NCBI GenBank assembly: GCA_965215565.1
Contig: CBDCDZ010000004.1
Location: forward strand, 1,344,001-1,408,000
Reading direction: 5' to 3'
DNA from: Trueperaceae bacterium
GTDB taxonomy: Bacteria > Deinococcota > Deinococci > Deinococcales > Trueperaceae
DNA length: 64,000 nucleotides
The position numbers were made by a program, and so were the translations under genes. Each line of letters begins with the position of its first letter. Within the stretch, counting starts at the first letter, position 1. Of the stretch, positions 57,698 to 64,000 are shown in pieces. The notes below the pieces were generated by a model that saw nothing but the letters and a program-made list of their open reading frames with translations, did no database searches and was not told the origin of the DNA.

Positions 57698-58207
57698 TTA
57701 TTCGGTGGCTGGGGCAACCTTAGAGGCGCGCAGCCGCTCGGCTAACTCAGTGTGACCGTGACTTTGGGCGAGTTGAAACGCGGTGAAACCTCTTGCATCT
57801 ACCGCGTTTGGTTCGGCACCCCTAGCCATCAACAGTTCGGCGATCTCCGGCTGATTGAACATCGCCGCGAACATGAGCGCCGTCGCGCCTGCGCCGTTGC
57901 GGGCGTCGGGGTTTGCACCGCCTTCTAAAAGCTGCTCAGCAACGTCCGCGTAGCCCTTGAAGCACGTGCCCATAAGCGGCGTGTTGCCCGCCGGGTCGGG
58001 GCGGTCAGGGTCTGCGCCGCGCTCTAAAAGCAGCGTGGCCATCTCTCTTTGCTGGTTATACGCTGCAATCATCAAAAGGCTGTAACCCTGCTCATTCAAG
58101 AGGTCGGGCTCTAAGCCCGCCTGCAAAAACGCTGCCATAACTTCGGTATCTCCCCGGCGGGCGATTTCGTGGAAGTCTACGTTGCTTAAATCTATGGGGT
58201 CGGACAT
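57698..58207 (-). CDS. Ankyrin repeat protein (catalase-associated AnkB-like)
   Basis: Repeats G.SLLMIAAYN, GNTPLMG, GATALMFAA. Confidence 0.9.
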   Translation of the reverse strand: MSDPIDLSNVDFHEIARRGDTEVMAAFLQAGLEPDLLNEQGYSLLMIAAYNQQREMATLLLERGADPDRPDPAGNTPLMGTCFKGYADVAEQLLEGGANPDARNGAGATALMFAAMFNQPEIAELLMARGAEPNAVDARGFTAFQLAQSHGHTELAERLRASKVAPATE

Positions 58208-58334
58208 GAGGTTCCTTTGGGGCTCGAGGTTCTGATAGCGAGTCAGCGCTTCAGCGTTTCAGGAAGATCTCGAGGCTGGCGTACTTTCATCTTGATATTG
58301 AAGCTGAGCAACGCTTTCTTCTAAACGGAACAAG

Positions 58335-58445
58335 CAGCAGTTCCACGACATACTGAGAAAAAGTGTCGCAGATATCATCCCATAATGTGCGTGCTAAGCA
58401 CTATCTCTTACGGTGAAAGTGTCTCTGACCAGATGATACCTGCTA
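58335..58445 (+). repeat. MITE-like dispersed repeat, copy E (111 bp)
   Basis: AGCAGTTCCACGACATACTGAGA...AATGTGCGTGCTA...ACCAGATGATACCTGCTA. Confidence 0.85.
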
Positions 58446-58511
58446 AAGCAAATAGAAACATCCACCGCGTCTCATTCACGCGGCGGATGTCAAGACCAAA
58501 CTTAAAACTTC

Positions 58512-60014
58512 TTAGCTAAGAACCGCTTCGCCGTCAGGCACGTCGTCGTTGACAGCCAGTTCACCGTGGCTCGGGGCTTGCTCTAAAAACGCCCGCACGC
58601 GGCGTCCGTAGTCCTCGTCCGCAAGGTCGAAGTGCGGCAGTTGCCGGTCGATAATCTCTTGACTGCAGCCGCCCAACGTCGAGGCGATCGCCTGCGCGAG
58701 CCGGTCTTTTTGCCCCTCGTCGAACATGCGGTACAAGTTGCCCGCTTGAGTATAGTCGTCGTGGTCCTCGCGCGAGTTGTAGCGGTCCACGGTCACGTCG
58801 CCCAAGTGCCACGCGGGTTCGGCGTAGGCAGGGTCAGGGCGCGGCGCACCTTCGACGCTGTTAGGGTAGTAGTTCGGGTGCCCGGTGCCCTCGGCTGCGT
58901 ACATGCCGCCGTCGCGCTGGTAGTACGACACCTCCGCCTTGGGCTGATTGACCGGAAGCTGGCGGTAGTTCGTGCCGATGCGGTAAAGGTGCGTGTCCTG
59001 GTAGCTCATGAGCCGCGCCTGGAGCATCTTGTCCGGGCTCGGACCGATACCGGGGACGAGAGAGCTGGGGTTAAAGGCGGACTGCTCGATGTCGCGGTGG
59101 TAGTTCTCGGGGTTGCGGTTGAGTTCCATCACGCCGACTTCGGTTAAGGGGTAGTCCGCGTGCGGCCACACCTTGGTCAGATCGAAGGGGTCCCACTCGA
59201 ACTGCCCGGCTTGCTCCTGCGTCATTACCTGGATGTACACCTTCCACTGCGGAAAGTCGCCCTGCTCAACCGAGCGGAAGAGGTCGCGCTGATGGCTCTC
59301 GCGGTCTTGCGCAATGAGTGTCGCCGCTTCATCGTTCGTCAAGGTCTCGTGACCCTGCTCGGTCTTGAAGTGAAACTTGCACCAGACGCGCTCGCCCTCG
59401 TCATTGATGAGCGAGAAGGTGTGCGAGCCGTAGCCGTTCATGTGACGGTACGTTTTGGGGATGCCACGGTCCGAGAAGAGGATGGTCACTTGGTGCAGGC
59501 TCTCCGGGCAGAGGCTCCAGAAGTCCCACTGCATGTTGCCGTCGCGCAGGTTGGTCTGTGGGTGGCGCTTCTGCGAGTGGATGAACATTTGGAACTTGTA
59601 GGGGTCGCGCACGAAGAAGATGGGCGTGTTGTTGCCGACCATGTCCCAGTTGCCCTCTTCGGTGTAGAACTTGACCGCAAAACCGCGCGGGTCGCGCTCG
59701 GCGTCGGCTGCGCCGCGCTCACCTGCAACCGTGGAGAAACGGGCGACGAGTTCTGTCTTCTTGCCGACTTCGGAAAAGAGCGCGGCGCGGGTGTACTTCG
59801 TGATGTCATTTGTGACCGTAAAGGTGCCGAACGCGCCCGAACCCTTCGCGTGCACGACGCGCTCGGGGATGCGTTCGCGGTTAAAGCGCTGCATCTGCTC
59901 TTGCAGTTGCACGTCCTGCATCAAGAGGGGTCCGCGTGGACCTGCCGAGAGCGCGTTTTCAGCGTCCGCAATCGGTGCGCCGTCTGCCGTGGTGAGCCGT
60001 TTCTTGTCCGCCAT
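58512..60014 (-). CDS. katA: Monofunctional heme catalase (small subunit)
   Basis: RERIPERVVHAKG, RFSTV, VGNNTP, heme-ligand motif RLMSYQDTH. Confidence 0.95.
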   Translation of the reverse strand: MADKKRLTTADGAPIADAENALSAGPRGPLLMQDVQLQEQMQRFNRERIPERVVHAKGSGAFGTFTVTNDITKYTRAALFSEVGKKTELVARFSTVAGERGAADAERDPRGFAVKFYTEEGNWDMVGNNTPIFFVRDPYKFQMFIHSQKRHPQTNLRDGNMQWDFWSLCPESLHQVTILFSDRGIPKTYRHMNGYGSHTFSLINDEGERVWCKFHFKTEQGHETLTNDEAATLIAQDRESHQRDLFRSVEQGDFPQWKVYIQVMTQEQAGQFEWDPFDLTKVWPHADYPLTEVGVMELNRNPENYHRDIEQSAFNPSSLVPGIGPSPDKMLQARLMSYQDTHLYRIGTNYRQLPVNQPKAEVSYYQRDGGMYAAEGTGHPNYYPNSVEGAPRPDPAYAEPAWHLGDVTVDRYNSREDHDDYTQAGNLYRMFDEGQKDRLAQAIASTLGGCSQEIIDRQLPHFDLADEDYGRRVRAFLEQAPSHGELAVNDDVPDGEAVLS

Positions 60015-60215
60015 GATGCCTCCTTGAGACTCGAGGGTTGCGTTTTAGGTGGTTAGGTGGTGTTGTAAAGGTCGTTGAACCGACGCCCCCACTTTACCCA
60101 AGCAAGATGAGGATGCCTAGTCTTTCAGTTGACGTTTAGGTACTCGCTTTGGGTAGAGGTGCGCGCGTACTTGGTGTGTTGGAGAAAGAGGTCTATATCC
60201 ATCTACATTTTGTAC

Positions 60216-60467
60216 TCAGTCTCCATAAGCTTCGCTATAAGGCTTGCCAAAGTTTTCAATCAGCTTGTCAACCACCGTCCGGTTAGCCCCCTCTAAGCTG
60301 GTACCTTGACCCATAAGCTCTCGCTGAGCAAGAAGCGCGTCCAAGTCACCCTCTAAAAAGGCAATCGTCGCGTCAACATAGGCGTTCCAGGGGGATGTGA
60401 ACCCGCCAGCCTCGTCAACTGGGTAAGAAGGAAGAGGGTTTGCATTATCCGGTAACCTAACGGACAA
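60216..60467 (-). pseudogene. Probable C-terminal gene fragment or small hypothetical protein
   Basis: Protein-like WNAYVDATIAFL...VVDKLIENFGKPYSEAY, but the start lies inside the kinase 3' end and the N-terminus looks non-native. Confidence 0.4.
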
Positions 60468-61416
60468 TGTCGCTGTGCGCGTTGTCCAAAAGCCGGTCTA
60501 GCTCGAGCCGACTCACCACGGGCTGGTCGCCATATTGACTCAGCGAGAGCGCCGCGCAGAGCACGCCGTAATGCAAGCCCGTCGCGAAGTCGTCCTGTAA
60601 AATCCCGTGCAGCACGCCCGCCACCATCGAATCGCCTGCGCCGATGCGGTCTAGGATGACAACATCTCTGGCGGGCACGTGCGTATACCTCTCGCCGTCC
60701 CAACCCATCAAACCCTCGCTCGACATGGACATCACAATTTTGCGAGCATGGGTGTGTTCGGCAAGTTGCGCGATGACCTCTTCAGGCGTACCCCTAAATC
60801 CGAAAACCGTCTGCGCGTCGCTGCGTCCGCAAAAGAGGGTGTCGAGGTCGCGTAACAGGGGCAGCACCGCCGCTTTCGCCGCCTCGGGCGTCCACAAGCG
60901 GCTGCGGTAATTCATGTCGAAACTGACGGGCACACCTGCTTCTTTCGCCCGCGCCGCCGCCTCTTTTAGAACCTCTTCGCTGTTGCCACACAGCCCCACC
61001 GTGATGCCCGAGAGGTGCAGCAGGCGCGTGTCTAAAACGTAGTCCCAGTCGATATCTTCGGGCGTGAGCTGCGTGAAACATGTGCCCCGGCGGTCGTAGT
61101 AGACCTGCGTGGAGCGCGGCGGCACGGCGTACTCGACGTAGTAGGTGGCGAGGCGGTGGTCGTGTGACCACTTCACCGCAGAGAGGTCCAACCCGGCAAA
61201 GCGGTAATCGCCCGCGACGCGGCGTCCTAGCGGCGTGTCGGGTAGAGCGCTGACCCAGCCACAGCGCCAACCCAACCGCGACAATGTCGAGGCGACGTTG
61301 CCCTCCGTGCCCGAGATATTCACGTCGAACTGTTTAGCTTGCTCGAGCATCATGCCTGCGGGCACAGAAAACCTGAGCTGCCCCTCCCCTATCGTCGTCA
61401 CGTCAAAGCGCGGCAT
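60457..61416 (-). CDS. PfkB-family sugar kinase (KdgK-like)
   Basis: GTEGNVA, SGIT, FDMNYR..LW, DRIGAGDS. Confidence 0.9.
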   Translation of the reverse strand: MPRFDVTTIGEGQLRFSVPAGMMLEQAKQFDVNISGTEGNVASTLSRLGWRCGWVSALPDTPLGRRVAGDYRFAGLDLSAVKWSHDHRLATYYVEYAVPPRSTQVYYDRRGTCFTQLTPEDIDWDYVLDTRLLHLSGITVGLCGNSEEVLKEAAARAKEAGVPVSFDMNYRSRLWTPEAAKAAVLPLLRDLDTLFCGRSDAQTVFGFRGTPEEVIAQLAEHTHARKIVMSMSSEGLMGWDGERYTHVPARDVVILDRIGAGDSMVAGVLHGILQDDFATGLHYGVLCAALSLSQYGDQPVVSRLELDRLLDNAHSDIVR

Positions 61417-61530
61417 CGCCCTGCCCTCCTCAAAATTCAGTTCATCTGTTCTTTCTCACTCTACTAAAATGTAGTCGAGACCGCAATAGTAAATATTCAT
61501 TCTTTGAACACATGTGCAAGTCAAGGACAT

Positions 61531-62181
61531 TTACAGAGACCGCAAGAGGTCGAGCGAACATCCGTTCAGTGAAGCCAACACGGTATCGGCTCGAGCCAAC
61601 ACCTCTTCATCCACCGGAAATCTCTCGTCAGGAACAGCGATGACTTTCATGCCCGCGTTCAGACCCGAGAGGATGCCGTTTTTCGAATCCTCCAAGCATA
61701 CACACTTCTCCACGTCAACGCTTAAACGCTTCGCCGTCTCCAAGTAGACGTCAGGGTGCGGCTTACCTCTTTCTACTTGGTCGGCGGACAAGATAATCTC
61801 AAACTTACCGCTTAGCTCAGGCGAAGAGGTCACGAGGTCGATTAAGCTGCGCTCCGAACCCGAGGCGAGCGCAGTCCGGTAGTGCGCCGCTGCCAAATCC
61901 ACCGCTTCTATTGCACCTTCACGAAAGGGGATTTGCTCGTTGTAGATGTCCCGCATCCGCTCGACAACCTCTTGGATGATCTCTTCTAAAGAGGTCTCTA
62001 GCTCCCACCTGTCACGCATATAGGTGGCCCATTCCTCCGTCGAGACGCCCATGATGGCTGCGTGGTCGTCCTCGTTCCAAGACCTACCCAAACGAGCTGC
62101 CATATCGGTTCTAGCTTGGTCCCACTTAGGTTCCGAGTCGATGAGGAGCCCGTCCATGTCGAAAATGACTGCGCTGAGCAA
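61531..62181 (-). CDS. HAD-family phosphatase
   Basis: FDMDGLLIDSE, GKPHPDVY, EDS; GGAGG before TTG 62181. Confidence 0.9.
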   Translation of the reverse strand: MLSAVIFDMDGLLIDSEPKWDQARTDMAARLGRSWNEDDHAAIMGVSTEEWATYMRDRWELETSLEEIIQEVVERMRDIYNEQIPFREGAIEAVDLAAAHYRTALASGSERSLIDLVTSSPELSGKFEIILSADQVERGKPHPDVYLETAKRLSVDVEKCVCLEDSKNGILSGLNAGMKVIAVPDERFPVDEEVLARADTVLASLNGCSLDLLRSL

Positions 62182-62224
62182 AATGCCACCTCCAGTGAAG
62201 TGAATAGAATGTGGCACTTCTTCG

Positions 62225-62291
62225 TGACTCTTGGCTGTTAGCTTTTAGGTCTTGGGTTTAGCTAATGGCTAACAGCTGATACCTAACAGCT
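62225..62291. repeat. Heptamer-based palindromic intergenic repeat
   Basis: TGGCTGT TAGCTTT TAGGTCT ... GCTAATG GCTAACA GCTGATA CCTAACA. Confidence 0.65.
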
Positions 62292-62294
62292 TCC

Positions 62295-63233
62295 TTATCC
62301 TTTCACTGCCCCCGCCGTCATCCCTTGGATGATTTGCTTCGCCGCGAAGAAGGTGATGATAAGGGGCGGAATCGCAATCAGGCTCCCCACCGCCATCATC
62401 TCACCCCACAGTACGCCGCTGTCGCGGATAAATTCGGAGGCAAAGACGGGCAGCGTTTTCGTATAGCGGCTCGTCAAGAAGAGTGCCAAGATGAACTCGT
62501 TCCAAGCGATGCGAAAGGTGAAAATCGCCGAGACTGCGAAGCCTCCACTGATGAGCGGAAAGATGACACGGAACAGGACCTGTAAGAGACTCGCGCCGTC
62601 TACGATGGCGGCTTCTTCGAGTTCTACCGGAATCTGCTGGATGAAGCCAAACAAGAGCCATACGGAGAAAGGAAGATTGAGCGCCGTATAAAAGAGCATC
62701 AAGCCGAGCTGCGAACCGTCGAAGAGGTCGCCGCGCCCGAGACCGTTTGGCAGACTGAAGCGCACCCCTTCCACCGCGTCGCCGATGCCCCACGAAATCC
62801 AAAAGCCAATGACCGCCACCGCGATAACTGCAGGCGGAATCATACGAATGACGAGCGTCGTTTGCGCGATGATGCCACGCCCCGGGAAGCGCATCCGCGC
62901 GAGCGCGAACGCCGCCATGCCCGCTGTTAAGAGCGTGAAAAAGGTCGAGCCCAGCGCGATAACGAGCGACGAGATGAGGTAAGGAATCATGCGGTAGGTG
63001 GTAATGACTTCCGTATAGTTGCTGACTGTGGGCATGAAAATCCAGCGCGGAACCCGCGACTGAATCTCTACCGGAAGTTTCAAAGAGGTCGCGAACATGA
63101 CGAAGATGGGTGCGAGGGTGACGAGCGCGAGTGTCACGAGTGCAATGTAGCGCCACACGTCGCCGCTCTTGGGGCTCGAGCGTTTCGCCCTGCGCTCCCG
63201 CTGCTCCAAACCTCTTTCTACTGTCCGCTGCAC
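62295..63233 (-). CDS. Carbohydrate ABC transporter permease (MalG-type)
   Basis: IPVELEEAAIVDGA, AWNEF, GMTAGAVKG. Confidence 0.92.
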   Translation of the reverse strand: MQRTVERGLEQRERRAKRSSPKSGDVWRYIALVTLALVTLAPIFVMFATSLKLPVEIQSRVPRWIFMPTVSNYTEVITTYRMIPYLISSLVIALGSTFFTLLTAGMAAFALARMRFPGRGIIAQTTLVIRMIPPAVIAVAVIGFWISWGIGDAVEGVRFSLPNGLGRGDLFDGSQLGLMLFYTALNLPFSVWLLFGFIQQIPVELEEAAIVDGASLLQVLFRVIFPLISGGFAVSAIFTFRIAWNEFILALFLTSRYTKTLPVFASEFIRDSGVLWGEMMAVGSLIAIPPLIITFFAAKQIIQGMTAGAVKG

Positions 63234-63234
63234 C

Positions 63235-64000
63235 TTAAATCTCCCTGTCCTTGAGCGGATTGTTGTAGAGCATCAGCAAGATGCTGAGAACAATCAAGAT
63301 GACGCTTAAAAGCACGGCGATGGTCGCGGCGTAGCCCAAGTCATTCGAGGTAAAGGCGGTTTGGAAAAGGAGAAGGGACAGGACTCGAGTCGAACTCCCC
63401 GGACCGCCGTTCGTCATGATGTAGATGACCTCTAAAGCCCTAAACACGTCGATAATCCGCATCAGCAGGGCAATCAACAAGATATTGCGCATCATCGGCA
63501 GTTTGATACGCCACGTCATCTGGAGCCAGTTTGCGCCGTCGATTTTGGAGGCTTCGATGATATTCGAAGGTAAACCCTGCAAACCCGCCAGCGCAATCAT
63601 GAAGATAAAGGGCGTCCACTGCCACACGTCGCTGATGACAATGGAAAACATCGCCAGCGCGGGGTCAGCGAGCCACTCTTGCCTGTCGAAGCCTAAGGTT
63701 TGCAAGAAAGGCAGGGCGTCGCCAATCGCCTCGAGGTAATAGTTAATCACGCCGTTACGTGCGTCGAGTAGATAGCGCCAGATGAGCCCAACGACGATGG
63801 GCGCGATCATAAGAGGTAAAACGAAAATCGTGCGAAAGAACGACGCACCTCTTACGGGTTGCTCTAAGAGCAGCGCCAAGCCGACGCCGATGATCATCTC
63901 GAGCAAGACCACCCAAAAGCCGAACAAGAAGGTCACGCGCACCGCGTTCCATACGGTTGGGTCGCTCAGGAGCCGGCGGAAGTTGCGAAAGCCCAGGTAA
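63235..64000 (-). CDS. Carbohydrate ABC transporter permease (MalF-type), partial
   Basis: DVWQWTPF, EASKIDGA, MTNGGPG; the 5' end lies beyond the window. Confidence 0.9.
   Translation of the reverse strand, partial: YLGFRNFRRLLSDPTVWNAVRVTFLFGFWVVLLEMIIGVGLALLLEQPVRGASFFRTIFVLPLMIAPIVVGLIWRYLLDARNGVINYYLEAIGDALPFLQTLGFDRQEWLADPALAMFSIVISDVWQWTPFIFMIALAGLQGLPSNIIEASKIDGANWLQMTWRIKLPMMRNILLIALLMRIIDVFRALEVIYIMTNGGPGSSTRVLSLLLFQTAFTSNDLGYAATIAVLLSVILIVLSILLMLYNNPLKDREI

Noticed and set aside
59160..60056. Long antisense ORFs (298 aa opposite catalase; also 10508-11218, 47523-48335 and others)
   Set aside because: Shadow frames expected from high-GC codon bias opposite well-supported genes.

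Overview
GC-rich bacterial chromosomal segment, most likely Deinococcota (Truepera-like; inferred from the Thermus/Deinococcus-type dcw order lacking murE/ddl, the divergent MurD motifs, a short GidA-like protein and many apparently leaderless genes). Core content: osmoprotectant ABC operon (yehZYXW-like), NhaC-family transporter, menG, M20 peptidases, BMP lipoprotein, RNase P RNA (rnpB), the dcw cluster (mraZ to ftsZ), ribF, TAXI-TRAP transporter, rnhA, hsp20, selU-selD, msrA, a MazEF-like module, catalase plus ankyrin and a sugar ABC operon. Highlights: (1) a stand-alone xanthorhodopsin-like microbial rhodopsin (13915-14727) whose helix-C D-T-E pump motif reads Y-T-S while the retinal Lys is intact; (2) a KaiC-like double ATPase directly upstream of a pseudo-receiver/GGDEF/EAL gene, with no kaiB in the window; (3) a family of at least 5-6 dispersed 111-204 bp TAGCAG...CTGCTA MITE-like repeats, one differing from its twin by exact 21-nt inserts and one supplying part of a promoter; (4) several small translationally coupled ORFs and a 13-nt insertion cutting off the C-terminus of the BMP gene. 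All calls come from reading the sequence and motifs; no searches were run, and start codons are best estimates.
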